The notes beneath the pieces were generated by a model. That model was not told where the DNA came from, made no database searches, and saw only the letters and a program-made list of their open reading frames with translations. 64,000 bases of DNA from Octopus vulgaris (taxonomy: Eukaryota). Each line of letters starts with the position of its first letter. Position 1 is the first letter of the stretch. A program made the translations under genes and the position numbers. The stretch lies in contig OX597817.1 in the NCBI GenBank assembly GCA_951406725.2, positions 171,306,001 through 171,370,000 on the forward strand. Direction: 5' to 3'. Shown one piece after another: positions 1-13,072 of the stretch.

Positions 1-169
1 ACTGAAAGGAGAGGCATTTAGTAATGAGCAGACTTTATAAGCAACACAGCAATTTGTCAAACTGAGTGCAGGCACTTTCCTAATAAGAACAAGTAATAAT
101 GAACTTATTGCATTCAGTGCTCAGAAAAAGTAACCAAAAGTGTACGAACAGTACAAAGAATAATGCACA

Positions 170-360
170 GGAAATGAACAGTGAATGAGCCATTTAAAAA
201 GAAGTGGTGGTGGAGGGACATCAGGTGTTCTGTTGATGAATTTCAGGAAGCATGGATGTTTTGAAGGATGTTGCATCCCGACATCTAACAACTGATGCGG
301 GTAGTTTATTCCATGCTCCATCAATTCGGAGCTTTTCATAACAGCATATGTTTTGAAGAG
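170..360 (-). mobile_element. Decayed CR1/L2-type LINE 3' fragment
   Basis: Minus strand reads ...GAWNKLPASVVRCRDATSFKTSM..., the WNxLP...SFK motif typical of CR1/L2 ORF2 C-termini. Confidence 0.6.
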
Positions 361-371
361 CCCATTGTTTG

Positions 372-686
372 TTGTTTTGTTGTTGTTTGTTCCTTCTCGA
401 GCCATGTCTGGCTCATAAGGAGCTGCTTTCTTGGTTTCATTGGCATATAGGTTCCCCACCTGGATGGGACGCCGGTCTATCGCAGGTGAGCTGCTAGATA
501 CAGGAGGAAAGAGAAAAAGAAAGTTGTGGAAAAAGGGTCAGTAGAGGTTCGCCATTGCCTTCAGCCTGAGCCACGTGGAGCTTAAGTGTTTCGCTCATAA
601 GCACACACATCGCCCAGTCTGAGATTTGAACCTGCAATCCCTCAACCACAAGGCTGCTGCCCTAACCACTAGGCAATGTGTCTCCT
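372..686 (-). mobile_element. tRNA-derived SINE (GGAGG...head family) with 11-bp TSD
   Basis: A-box/B-box-like head (cctagtggttagggcag...ggttcaaatctc on minus), (CAA)n-like tail, flanked by duplicated cccattgtttg at 361-371 and 687-697. Confidence 0.85.
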
Positions 687-1357
687 CCCATTGTTTGGGT
701 TAGATCATTTTTTAGTATAATTTTTGACTTCCAGTGCAGTAGTAGTAAAGAAGGTTCAATCCAAAACATTGATAGATCAAATTCATATCAGTCTGACTTA
801 CCAGACATATTCAAGCTCATCTGACATAGCTACCTCCCCGCATCACCTAGTTTATGTCTCCCCCTCACTAGATCTGACAATAACAAGTAACACCCAATCC
901 TAACTCCCCCCAGAATGTTATACCCTCTGGAATTCTCTTCACAATGTATGTTGATTCACAGCTGTTCAACTTGAATTGCAATAGTATGAATGTAATCCAC
1001 CCTGGTGGGCCTGACTAACACCATCCATCCATACACACACAAGAATATAACTGGGGTAAAATCTAAGACAAAAATCTTAAAATCTGTTGATACAAATTTA
1101 TATGCCTTGGCCTAATACAAACAAAAATAGTACAAAAAGAAAAATCAATAAAAAAAAACTGCAGATATTGAAAGACAAATAGATAAATTGTTACTTGGTT
1201 GACTATTTGGTGATTATTACACACTCACACTTTTTTTGGGGGAAAAAAAAATCAATTACCATTTTTGTAATGACTATTCTATGCATATTGGAAATATATT
1301 GTGAGTTATGAAAACTTGGAACAAAATTGTAAAACCAATTGAGACTAGAAATTCTTT

Positions 1358-1431
1358 TGTGTGTGTGTGTGTGTGTGCACGCATGTGTGTATGTGTGTGT
1401 TAGTGTGTGTGTTAGTTAGTGTGTGTGTTAG

Positions 1432-1463
<32 letters not shown>

Positions 1464-1706
1464 CACGCATGTGTGTATGTGTGTGTTAGTGTGTGTGTGT
1501 GTTAGTGTGTGTGTGTTAGTTAGTGTGTGTGTGTGTGTGTGTGTAGTGTGTGTGTGTTAGTTAGTGTGTGTGTGTGTGTGTGTGCACGCATGTGTGTATG
1601 TGTGTGTTAGTGTGTGTGTTAGTTAGTGTGTGTGTGTGTGTGTGTGCACGCATGTGTGTATGTGTGTGTTAGTGTGTGTGTGTTAGTTAGTGTGTGTGTG
1701 TGTGTG
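1358..1706. repeat. Compound (GT)n microsatellite with higher-order block
   Basis: (GT)n interrupted by a block gcacgcatgtgtgtatgtgtgtgttag that recurs four times. Confidence 0.95.
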
Positions 1707-2321
1707 ATCGTTATCATCTTTACCATTTAATGTCTATTTTCTATGCTGGCATAGGCTGAATGGTTTGACAGGAGATGGCAAGCCAGAGGACTGCACCAGG
1801 CTCCCATGTCTGCTTTCGCATGGTCTCCATGGCTGAATGTCCTTTCTGGTGCCAACCACTTTACAGAGTGTAGCAGGTGCTTTTAGCATGACACCAGCAG
1901 CACTAGTGAAGACACCTAGAAACTTGCAAGGCAAGACTCCTCAACTGAGCAGGGAGTGGTAGGGTGGAGGGAGGTAGTTTTGTGCCAGGTGAGATGAGAG
2001 ATTAAAGCATGATAGATGGATAGAAACAGGTGTCTTGCTGTAGAGGGACAACTGGTTCAGTAGGAAAGAGAGAGGGAGAGAGAGAAAGAAAGAAGAGAGA
2101 CAGACAGACAGATAGAGAAGATGGTGGTAAAGATGTGTCTGGGTGTACCATCAAGCTACAGGGTAGTGAGTATAAGTGAAGTGGTAGAAAGGACTGGACA
2201 GGGTGAGAGGGCAGGTAAGGTCACAAGAATGCAAAAGGAGAGTGGGAGATACATGAGAGGGGAATGCAGTGAGAGAACACTGTTTATTGCATTATGTAAA
2301 TTACACATCTACCAGAGAACC

Positions 2322-2946
2322 CAGGGATGGATTAAGACTCACAGAGGCCCTAACCACTTAAAAGATTGTGGTGTCCCCATATATATGTAATTCAAAATAT
2401 AGACAATAATAAACAATAAAATGAATGTTTATTTTTCAAAATTAAACAAGATGGAGAATAATGTTTATTTTTGTCATTTTATTTATATTTCAAAAGTTTT
2501 CTCTTACATTTCTTAATGGCAAAGTCTTTGATCAGATCCTGACTATGAAACAATGAACCCTTCAAAATTATATTTACGGTCATATAAACCGCTTTGAGTG
2601 TTATTTTAGCAAGTTTAACCCTTTTGTTACCAACCCAGCTGAAACCGGCTCTGGCTCTGAGTACAAATGTCTTGTTTTCATAAGTTTTGAATTAAAATCT
2701 TCCACCAAACCTTAGTCACAATTTACGCTCCAAACACTAGCTGAATGACAACTAAGTTGTTTTACTAAATTCTTTGTTATATTTAAAGTAATTGAAAGAA
2801 ACACAGAGCATCTCAAAATGAATACGGTAACGAAAGGGTTAAAGTGATATCTTTTAAGCTGTAAATCATTTACCATCTCTGTGGTTCCCTATTTCTCCTG
2901 ATGCCCTAGTTTGTGTTTATTCTGCTGAATGGTTAATTCATATCTG
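2322..2946. mobile_element. hAT-like MITE (CAGGG TIR), interrupted by a piggyBac MITE
   Basis: Termini cagggatggattaa / ttaattcatatctg. An uninterrupted sister copy lies at 40097-40521. Confidence 0.7.
2619..2838. mobile_element. piggyBac-type MITE
   Basis: TTAA at 2615-2618 and 2839-2842; TIR cccttttgttacc / ggtaacgaaaggg. The sister host copy near 40410 has a single TTAA (empty site). Confidence 0.9.
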
Positions 2947-2964
2947 CTAGTACCAAATATAACT

Positions 2965-3290
2965 AACTGGTACTCCGTTGGTTATGATGATAAGGGTTCC
3001 AGTTGATTGGATCAATGGAACAGCCTGCTCGTGAAATTAATGTGCATGTGAGCACTCCACAGACATGTGTACCCTTAACATAGTTCTCTGGGTAATTCTG
3101 TGTGAGGTACAGTGTGACAAGGTTGGCCCTTTGAAATACTGGTACTACTCATTTTTGCCAGCTGAGTCAACTGGAGTAACATGAAATAAAGTATCTTGCT
3201 CAAGGACACAATGCATCGCCGGGAATTGAACATACAACTTTGCAATCATGATCCGAATGCCCCAAGCACTGAGCCACATGCCTTCACCAG
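2965..3290 (-). mobile_element. tRNA-derived SINE (family also at ~9600-9930, 34520-34830, 46175-46500)
   Basis: Shared body gctccagtccactcagctggcaaaaatgagtag...cacttgcacgttaatttcacgagcaggctgttcc in all copies. Confidence 0.8.
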
Positions 3291-4362
3291 AACTTAATAT
3301 AAGGAGTAAACTTTAATTCATCAAAATAGTTTTCAAAATATCTTTCAGCATCATCATCATTTGAATGTCCCCTTTTCCATGTTTGCATGGGTCAGATGGA
3401 ATAATTCATTGGAGCAAATTTTCAATGGCTGGATGCCTTTCCTACTGCCAAGTCCAGACCTGTTTTCACAGAGGACTGGAAATGAAGGACATCACTTGTA
3501 TGATGGAGATGCTCATTTACAGCTATCACATGATGACAAGACAATGAAACACAAGCACATACACACACACATATAAACACACACACGCACACACACACGC
3601 ACGTTCCTGAATTATCTAGACTCATGTTGTCAGCCCATTTGGTTTATTTCCCTTGACTCTTGTTTTGTAATCACTCAACAAGTATGCGCTTAAGCAAAAC
3701 ATAATCTTCTGTTTATTTGAAATTATTTTGAGAAAATATTTCAGTGAGAATTGGGTATTCAGGTGTAAAACACCTGAGATGTTAAATGAAAAAAAAAAGA
3801 AGCAAAAAAAAAGAATGGAAGAGAAAGAAAAAAAATATCAAGCAAGTCATCATTATCATCATCATCGTCATCATCACCATCATCCTTTAACATTCGTCAG
3901 TCTTCCATGCTGCTATTTACAAATCCACTATCAGTACCCCATCACACCCTATTGCCATCCCACTCTTCAAAATAAAAAGAAGAGAGATGGTGAGAGAGAG
4001 AAAGAGAGAGCGAGAGAGAAAGGAAGAGAGAGAGAATGAGAATTGGAGAAAAGTAAAAACAATAACTGAGCCAGCAAAACAAAGAAAAAACAAATTGGTT
4101 GCTTCCTTTGCATTCAAGTCCAACGCCCTAAATGCAGTGGAATCATCTAGCATACCGAAATAATAATATCACTAAATTATATTGAGGAAATGAGAGAAGA
4201 ATATGAAATGCCAACACATCCTCTAGAGCTGGAGATAGTTTTTAATAAATCAAGAATTCATGTTCTGTGGCATCTGATATACCTGTATTTGTTTATGTTG
4301 TTCATATGCATGCCTCTGGCCACTGAGTTATTTGTCTTAGTTCATTTTTGTTTAAATTATAC

Positions 4363-4402
<40 letters not shown>

Positions 4403-4526
4403 AACACCAAAGAGACGACACAAGAACCACAGGACGGGACATATTCATCATAAATATATATATATATATATATTTATAAATATATATATTTATAAATATA
4501 TATATAAATATAACCAATTACAGAGT

Positions 4527-4577
<51 letters not shown>

Positions 4578-4934
4578 AATATATATATAAATATATATAT
4601 ACATATAAATATATATACATCTATACATACACACAAACACAAATACACACACACACACATCTTTAATCTTTTACTTGTTTCAGTCATTAGACTGTGGCCA
4701 TTCTGGGCACTGCCTTGAAGAATTTTTAGTTGAATTTTTGTTATACCTGGTACTTATTCTATCAGTCTCTTTTTGCTGAAGTGCCAAGTTATGGGGATGT
4801 AAACACACCAACACTTGTTGTCAGTGGTAGTGGGGGACAGACACAGACACACAGACACATGCATACATACATAAATTTTTATGGTATCTATCCACAATTT
4901 AAAAACCAAACAACACAAGTACAAATGCCACTAA

Positions 4935-5217
4935 AGTGACTAAGGGTGCAAGTGAGCACCAGCACTGCTAGAAATAAGAGTCAAAACAACTCTTAGCCAC
5001 AGGCAATCACTTATCTATCAACTAACAAGGGAGACCAGCCTCCCTAAAGCAAGCGATGTTGGAAAATTCCAAGCCGTGCACTACCAACACATGAAGCTCA
5101 ATGTGTAGGGAGGTTGGTCTCCCTTGTCAGTCAATAGATAAGTGCTTGCTCATGTCTAAGTGTTGTTTTGACTCTTATTTCTAGCAATGCTGGTGCTCTT
5201 TTGCATGCTTAGTCACT
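4935..5217. repeat. Long inverted repeat (~112-bp arms, ~59-nt spacer), probable foldback element
   Basis: 4935-5046 is the approximate reverse complement of 5106-5217 (e.g. gctagaaataagagtcaaaacaac / gttgttttgactcttatttctagc). Confidence 0.9.
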
Positions 5218-5251
5218 ATAGCAAAGTTTGCTTATATACATACATATATAT

Positions 5252-5646
5252 CAGGGATGTGCCGCCTAGGTAGACAAGGTAGGCAGTGCCTACCTTGAAT
5301 AAAATAGATCGACAGCAACATTTTCCTTTCATGGCAAAGTATGCACTTAATTCAATAAAATCATGAATGTTACTCTGATTACTATGCATAAAGTACAAAA
5401 TATTTTATTTTTTTGTAGATTGGGTAGGCATAATCCGCCCCTGCCTTTCAATCTCAGTATTTAAGCTACGCGTAGTACTGCTGTAGTACATGTGCTGTGT
5501 ACACTCCTACAACAACGTTTTCTTTACAAACTATAAAGGTAGAAGTAAATCTGCCTTCAACTCAGTCAAACCCTGTATGTTGCTTATTTTTTGTGTATTT
5601 TACTACATAAAGGTCACCAACTACCTACCCTGACAGCACGTGCCTG
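5252..5646. mobile_element. Old DNA-transposon MITE with CAGG termini
   Basis: cagggatgtgccgcctaggtag at the left versus ctacctaccctgacagcacgtgcctg at the right (imperfect TIR), with TA-rich flanks. Confidence 0.5.
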
Positions 5647-5651
5647 ATATA

Positions 5652-5692
<41 letters not shown>

Positions 5693-5695
<3 letters not shown>

Positions 5696-6059
5696 AGTTA
5701 GTTAGTTAGTTAATTTGGCTCAAAAGCAAATAGCAAGGCCATGTAGGGGGATATGGAGTTAAGTACAGGGTGGTGTTCATGTAAAGAGTTCAGGCCACTT
5801 GAGGTCCAGGGAGGCTTTGAACAAAGCGGTCGTCGGCATCTTCACCATCTCGTCTGGCAGCTTGTTCCACGGATCCGCAACCCGGACGGAGAAAGCTCCT
5901 CTCCTTCGATTGAGATGAAATCGTCACAGATAGAGCTTTTCGGAATGACCCCGCAGCCAACGCTCCGGAGCAGGAGTGAAGAACAGCTCTTTCGAGAGGT
6001 TACACTTCCCGCTTATGATGTTGTGGGCGAGAATGAGATCACCACGGCGGCGGCGTTTT
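5693..6059 (-). mobile_element. Young 5'-truncated CR1-like LINE 3' end with (CTAA)n tail
   Basis: KRRRRGDLILAHNIISGKCNLSKELFF...WNKLPDEMV; near-identical to 48302-48795; abuts a (TA)n tract. Confidence 0.9.
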
Positions 6060-7143
6060 ATATACAAATTGAGATAGGGGTTGTACACTCCTTCATGTAC
6101 ACTGTTTTGTTCTACATTATTATGTTTAACCTTATAGTTTCTTATGTGGTGGTTTAATAAAGTATGTGATTGAGTATTATCTGGTAATTGATATTTGATT
6201 TCCATGTATTTCTCCATTTTCTTATTTTATATATATATATATATATATTTATATATGCAATGGGCTTCTTTCAGTTTCCATCTTCCAAATCTACTCACAA
6301 AGCTTTGGTTGGCCCAAGGTTATAGAAGACACTCACTCAAAGTGCTGTCCTGTGCTGTACAACTAAATCCAGAACCATGAGGTCGAGAAGCAAGCTTTTT
6401 ACCACGCAGCCACCCTGCACCTATATACATATGTATTGCATAACTGACTGACATGCATACAAATAAACAAATAAACTATAACCTTCTAAAACAACAAACA
6501 ATCCCAAAACAGAGAGAGATGAGTAAGTCTGGAATTAATCCAAATCAGCTGTCAATCAACACGTTAAGTAAAAGAGATTCAAACTAGGATGGTAAAATGT
6601 ATCTCTGTGAAATAATTTTAGATATTAAGTAAGAACTCCTTAAAAAGTATTACATTTCAAAAGAAAATAACATTTTGATTAACAACAATTTTCTCTATAA
6701 ATACTACATTTTTTGGTGCTCACAATCATAGGGTGAAAAATAACTTTTATAACATTAATAATGTCTTCCTGTCCAGTTCATAGCTCTAGTTTCATTGCTT
6801 GGAAAAGACAGGAAATAAACTTCCCAAAGAATAGGATGCTGGTCTCTTATTACTAGTAAAACTGAAGGTGGTGAGATACTAGAACCATTAGTGTGCTGGA
6901 CAAGATGCTTAGCAGCAGTTCTTCCAGCTTTATGTTCTGAGTTCAAATTCTGCCAAGGTCAACTTTGCTTTCATCCGTTCAGGGTCAATGAAATAAGGAA
7001 CAGTCAAGCGCTGGAGCTGATGAAATCAACAAGGCTCCTCCCCACAAGTTTCAGGCCTTGTGCCTACAGCAGAAAGAATTATTTCTGGTAAAATTCTTTG
7101 CCGTTCCTATTTCAGACAGCCACATGAATTGGATTATATAGAA

Positions 7144-7653
7144 CTAGCAGTATCGCCCGGCGTTGCTCGGGTTTGTAAGGGAAATAACTATATAAGCATT
7201 TTTAGAGAGTTACTTCCCTTATAGATGCCAATTCGGGCTTTCTTAGCCATTTCTGTTTTGGTGTCTTCAAGCCATGAAGTCGTTGTTCTAAAAGAACGCT
7301 GGTCTCCTTGACAACGCTTTACGACGTTGATTTCCTTACACTCCCTTCCCCACAGCTTCACGAGGGAGGGAAGAAGGGGGAGAAGCAAACAGGTGCAGCT
7401 GTGACCATGGACGCCAACTCCGCCGCCATCGACACACGAAAAATTATGCATTAAAATGGAATAAAAAATGTTAAATTATTTTTAAAATCGTAGACTCATC
7501 GTAGACGCGCGCTAATAGCCAGACGGGTTCGATATGAATCACGACTATAAGATACCCGAATTTGGTTAAACTGCACTGCAAATTGTGGGAGGAGTTAGGA
7601 ATCTAAATCGAAGGGGACAGACACTCACACAACTACAGTTTTATGTATATAGA
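7144..7653 (-). mobile_element. Non-autonomous Helitron
   Basis: On minus: 5'-TC start, 3'-CTAG end preceded by a GC hairpin (cccgagcaacgccggg), inserted between A and T with no TSD. Second copy at 56858-57373. Confidence 0.85.
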
Positions 7654-7770
7654 TTATGGAATCTTACGAAATGTACAAGGAAATACCTGCAGTGGATTTG
7701 ATCTCAGCAGCTCTGCCGTTCTTAGTTGCTGTTCACAACAACAGCATAACTATCTTTATTTGATTTTAGG

Positions 7771-7804
<34 letters not shown>

Positions 7805-8982
7805 ATGTCCCCCTCCACTGCTTGACAACCAGTGTTCATGTGTTTATGTCATGCTTGGCAAATCAGCTAAAAACTGCAATGATGGTTGCTTCTGACGGGA
7901 CCCTAAGGAGAAGAGGCCTGCAGATTCTACCCACATGAACCTCCCAGAAATAGTGGATGGAGAAAATGGATGGATGGATGGAAATAGATTTTCTAGGTAG
8001 AACATTTTGTTTATGTGCTTATTCTTCAAGATGGTGCTCCAGCATGGCTGCAGACTAATGACAAACCAGTAAAAGATAAAAGATTAGAAAAAAATTGTTC
8101 TAATTCAATATAATGTAGCCCTCACTCAGACCACTTAATCCTTCATTTTCAATGATCATTACATAAATATGCAATCTAAATCACCACTAAAGTCTTTTAT
8201 ATTCTTCCTGAGATTAGAACAGAAGAAGCAGCCAGATTTTTCTAGAAGCAAATGATTTTTTCTTCTTTTTTTGTTGTTGTTGTTATAAATACATTCCTTT
8301 ATACTTTCTGTACCATTTTCTCTTCACAACAACTCTCAGAAGAGTGTAGTTATATTTAGAACAGCTAAATATAGATATCATTAAAGTACTTTTTGTGTTA
8401 TTCTCTTTCTTTCTCTATTAAGAATGGGTCGAATTGCTCTGCAAACCTCAATCTCACTCTTGTTGTTTAGTCTCCAGTCAGCCACGATTAAGCAGAACTA
8501 TAATCGAATCCAATCCAGCTGTGACCAAACCAATTAGATGTGTCATTTTTGAAGGTGGTTATAAAACACCTTGAATGTGAAAGATTAGGGTAGGGAAAGA
8601 AGACCGTCCCTATCCAGTGAATCTAAGGCTAGCCAGTCTGACAGAACCAATTTCTCAAGAAATAATACAATAGTTGCTGAACTCATTGCTAAATGAAAAC
8701 AAAACAGTTGTCAGTTAATTACACAATACTATGGTGTCTTCTATCAGTGACACATTCATCCATGCATGGATAGGTACAGGTGTGACTGGGCAGTTTAGAA
8801 GTCTGCTTCCCAACCTCACGGTTACAGGTACAGTCCCAGTGGGTGGCATCTTGGACAGGTACCTCCTGTGATAGCCTCAAGTCAACCAAAGACTTGTGAG
8901 TGGGTTTCATAGACAGAGACTGAAAGAAGGCTGTCATATACATACTTACATATAAATATATATACACACACAAATACACATA

Positions 8983-9588
8983 TTGGGTCATCCCAGAAAT
9001 AATGCGTTCTTTTTCAATTGCATGAACTAAAAGTCAGATGGGGACAGGATAAACTACCTGCATCAACTTGCTATAAAAGCAGGTAGTAATTTTACCTTGT
9101 CCTTATTCTTAGTGCAAGTTTTGAAAAGTGCAGTTCCATTTTAACAGTTAATTTTTCAAAGCTATAATGGAAGTGACGAAGGAGCATATTCGGCATATTT
9201 TGCTTTATGAGTTCAATAAAGGTAACAAAACAACAGAAAGTGTGAGGAATATTAATGCAGTATATGGGGAGCAGACAATAAGAATAAGCCAGTGTCAGTG
9301 GTGGTTCCAGGAATTCTGAGCCAGAAACTACAGCCTAGAAGACGAGCCTCATCCTAGAAGATCTGTGGAGCTCAACAAGGATGTACTACAAACCCTGGTG
9401 GAATAAAATCCTATTGTAACTGTTGAGGAACTAGCAGAGAAGTTTGGATTTGGTCATTCAACCAGCCATTCAAGTCAGCACTAGAAGTAAAACGACCGTC
9501 TTTGGTTTCAAGATGAAAGGTGTTCTTCCATCAGGATAATGCTCAGCCACATACAGTGAGGATGACATTCCAAAGGCTGGAGCAGTTT
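8983..9588 (+). mobile_element. Internally deleted mariner element with transposase pseudogene
   Basis: TA + ttgggtcatccc terminus. From ATG 9167: MEVTKEHIRHILLYEFNKG...WWFQEF*...LEDEP...EELAEKFG, jumping to VFFHQDNAQPHT (mariner HDNA motif); in-frame stops. Confidence 0.9.
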
Positions 9589-10984
9589 CAGGGGTACTCA
9601 GCCAGCTACTCACCAGGCCAAAGATACCTTAATTATATGAAGGTTACATTGTCGTTTGGGAATTCCAAGTTGACTCATCAACGATGTGATCGGAATTCAT
9701 AGCAAGTCCCTAGAAACAAATACTTTTAAGACAGTCCTTAGGCAGGTCCAGTATGACACAGAATATCACAAGGCTGGCCCTTTGAATTACAAGCACTACT
9801 AATTTTTGCCAGCTGAGTGGACTGGAGCAACATGAAATAAAATGTCCTGTTTAAGGACACAACACACTGCTAGGTATCGAACTCTCAACCTCACAATCAA
9901 GGCCCAAATATCCTAACCACATGCATTTCCAGTATAATTCACTTAAACACCTCTGGTCAATAAGAAATATTATCTATCTCGTAAATAGGTGACACTTGAT
10001 GAGAGGAAAGGCATCTGGCCATAGGAAACTCAATAAACTCAGTCTAATTTATGCATGCATGGAAAAGTGGACATTAAAACAATGATAATGACCCATCTAG
10101 CCATGTGAAATGATAGTCATGGCAGATACTGGTGTCACTCAACTGGCACCCATGCTAGTGGCACATAAAAGCACCCATTACACGCTCAGACTGGTTGGCA
10201 TTAGGAAGGGCATCCAGCCTTAGAAACCATGCCAAATCAGACTGGAGTCTGTTGCAGCCCCTCACCTTACCAGCCCTGGTCAAACTGTCAAACCCATGTC
10301 AGCGTGGACAACAGACATTAAATGATGAGATGATGGTGGTAATAATGATTATGATGATGTATACATTTCAGTGATGTGTGCCAGCCAGTGATTTTTATAA
10401 TCGACCTTGTAAAAGACAGAAAGTAAAGACAGTCTGAGAGAGAAAAGTTGCAAGCAGGACAGAACCAATTACAAAGTATTCTTGTGCAATGCCATCCCAG
10501 GTCAATATTTATATTCTTTTGTTTGTAAACCCCTCTTCCTACACATATGTTGTGCATGGGGTAAGTGAATGAGTGGGATAGCATTACACAAGTATGTATC
10601 ATGATAATTGATACTGTCCCAGTCTAAATATATATATATATACAGAGGATGAATATATATATATATATATATACATGCATTTACACGTTAACTTCTTTTC
10701 TATATTAGAATTCTTCTGGTTTCTAACTTCCGTTTTCCATATATATAATAATGTCTTAACTCTCTTAGCTAATCAAGTGTTGAACTACAAGTTGAAGCCT
10801 TACCACACACGCACAAACACACATGATTTGACCACAGCATTAGAGCATTTTAGCTCTTATTTCTAGCAATGTAGGTGTTTCTAACACCCTAGTCATATTT
10901 AGTGACAGTTATAATTCTCCTTTTTGGTGAATCATTGCACACTGATGTCCATAATAAATTTATATTTGTGTGTGTGTGTATGTA

Positions 10985-11545
10985 TATCATCATCATCATC
11001 ATCGTTTAACGTCCGTTCTCCATGCTAGCATGGGTTGGATGGTTCGACCGGGGATCTGGGAAGCCAGAAGGCTGCACCAGGCTCCGGTCTTATCTGGCAA
11101 AGTTTCTACCATGGATGCCCTTCCTAACGCCAACCACTCCGTGAGTGTAGTGGGTGCTTTTTACGTGCCACCTGCACTGGTGCCAGGCGAGGCTGGCATC
11201 GGCCACGGTCAGATTGGTGCATTTTATGGAAGCCAGTCAAGGTGGCACTGGCTTCGGCTACAATTCGGATGGTGCTTTTTACGTGCCACCGACACGGAAG
11301 CCAGTCAAGGCAGCGCTGGCATCGGCCACAATTCGGATGGTGCATTTTATGGAAGCCAGTCGAGGCGGCACTGGCTTCGGCTACGATTCGGATGGTGCTT
11401 TTTACATGCCACCGACACGAAAGCCAGTCGAGGTGGCGCTGGCATCGGCCACAATTCGGATAGTGCTTTTTACGTACCTCCAGTCCCAGGGCCCTGGCAT
11501 CTGCCAGGTGCTAGTCATAGGATTGGTTCAATTTCGATTTCGATA
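10985..11545 (-). mobile_element. SINE-like element with (GAT)n tail and internal direct repeats (copies ~18965-19140, 25803-26105, 41143-41600, 50170-50400)
   Basis: catcatcatcgtttaacgtccgttctccatgctagcatggg terminus and ggatgcccttcctaacgccaacc core shared by all copies. The (GAT)n tail matches that of the RTE at 31754-32464. Confidence 0.8.
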
Positions 11546-11897
11546 TATATATATATATACATATATAGATATAGATAAACACACACACATACATGTGTGC
11601 ATGTGTGTGTGTATGTGTGTGTCCCTGTTCCTGTGTTTGTTTCCCACAATTGCTTGATATCCAGTGTTGGTGTGTTCAGATCCCCATAACTTGGCAGTTC
11701 AGCAAAAAAGAATGATAGAATAAGTACCAGGGTTGATTCATTCAACTAAAAATTCTTCAAGGTGGTGCCTCGGCATGGCTACAGTCTAATGATTGAAACA
11801 AGTAAATGAGGAAAGATTAATTATATACACACAGACACAGGCCAAAAATTTCTATGCACAATATACTAGCACACCTAAAACGCACCTCTGTTTTATG

Positions 11898-12240
11898 GGC
11901 CTTGGCTCAGTGGTTAGAGCGTCGAGCTTACGATTGTGAGGTTGTGAGCTCGAATCCCGGACCGGGCTGCGTGTTGTGTTCTCGAGCAAGGCACTTTATT
12001 TCACGTTGCTCCAGTTCACTCAGCTGTAGAAATGAGTTGCGACGTCACTGGTGCCAAGCTGTATCGACCTTTGTCTTTCCCTTGGATAACATCGGTGGCG
12101 TGGAGAGGGGAGGCTGGTATGCATGGGCGACTGCTGGTCTTCCATAAACAACCTTGCCCGGACTTGTGTCTAGGAGGGTAACTTTCTAGGTGCAATCCCA
12201 TGGTCATTCATGACCGAAGGGGGTCTTTACCCTTTACCCC
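11898..12240 (+). mobile_element. tRNA-derived SINE (second copy ~14045-14315, minus)
   Basis: tggctcagtggttagagcg A box, gctcgaatccc B box, non-tRNA body and ctttaccctttaccc tail. Confidence 0.85.
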
Positions 12241-12599
12241 TTAAATTGCCTTAAAAACCTCAAACACCATAAATAGCATACAATATGGCACAACTGCAAC
12301 AAGAAGAGGATATCTGTTATAATTCAATATATTACTTTTCAATATTCCATTTTATATAAAATACATTGAATATATTTTTAGATTACAAAAACAACATCCA
12401 AAAAGCAATAAAGCATTATTATGGTATTGTGTTTTGTTTTTGTTTGTTTTCCTTATAAAAGCAGACAAAGGAAAAGCTTCTTCAAGACGTAATTGCATCT
12501 TTTCTATACACCTCTAAATTTAGTCCTGATTTCAGTGGAAAAAATGCATATTATACATGCAGATTTATGGTGTATCTATATGTATATATGTGTATGTCA

Positions 12600-12775
12600 G
12601 TAGCACCAGAAGAGATCTTCTTCAAATGCAGTCACTGCATGCAAGACTGCCGCTCCCGTGTGGACTTGTGCTGTTCCTGCAGCGGCTTGCACCCATTAGC
12701 ACCTGACACGAATTCTCCAAGAACAGATCCAAGGCCTCTTGAGACCAAAAGATGCCTATCTATCTTTATCCATGT
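12600..12775 (+). mobile_element. RTE-type LINE extreme 3' fragment
   Basis: FKCSHCMQDCRSRVDL zinc-finger-like C-terminus followed by a short 3' UTR ending gatgcctatc. Confidence 0.55.
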
Positions 12776-12801
12776 ATGCATATATATATATATATATATA
12801 T

Positions 12802-12986
12802 AAAACAATTGCAGTGTGGAAGGTGTTTATAAGCCACTTAAGAAACACACAAAATCCATGAACAGGTTGCGTTCTCAAAGCAATGAAAATATTTTGACAA
12901 ATTAAATTTAAATGTTGAAGTTAATGTAACGAACTTTGTGTGTTTCTTAAATGGCTCATGAACACCTTCCACACTGCAATTGTTTT
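12802..12986. repeat. Palindromic element (52-bp arms) in a (TA)n site
   Basis: aaaacaattgcagtgtggaaggtgttt...aagaaacacacaaa versus tttgtgtgtttctt...aacaccttccacactgcaattgtttt. Confidence 0.9.
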
Positions 12987-13038
12987 CGTTCCAGCACACG
13001 ATCTCAGATCAGGTCACTTGCTATGCAAGTACATCTCC

Positions 13039-13072
<34 letters not shown>

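Noticed and set aside
5693-5712. (GTTA)n / (CTAA)n tracts as telomeric repeats
   Set aside because: They are the tail of the CR1-like LINE (also at 48770-48795), not TTAGGG.
7188-7451. 87/88-aa ORF present twice (also 57063-57329)
   Set aside because: It lies inside two young Helitron copies, whose frames differ locally, and shows no recognisable domain. Identity reflects recent transposition.
10970-11657. Long overlapping ORFs (202 and 167 aa)
   Set aside because: Produced by GC-rich internal repeats of a SINE-like element; open in several frames at once.
11898-11965. tRNA-like sequences here and at ~49394 and ~59830-59896 as tRNA genes
   Set aside because: A/B boxes are present, but they run straight into SINE bodies with tails or TSDs and lack a proper acceptor stem.
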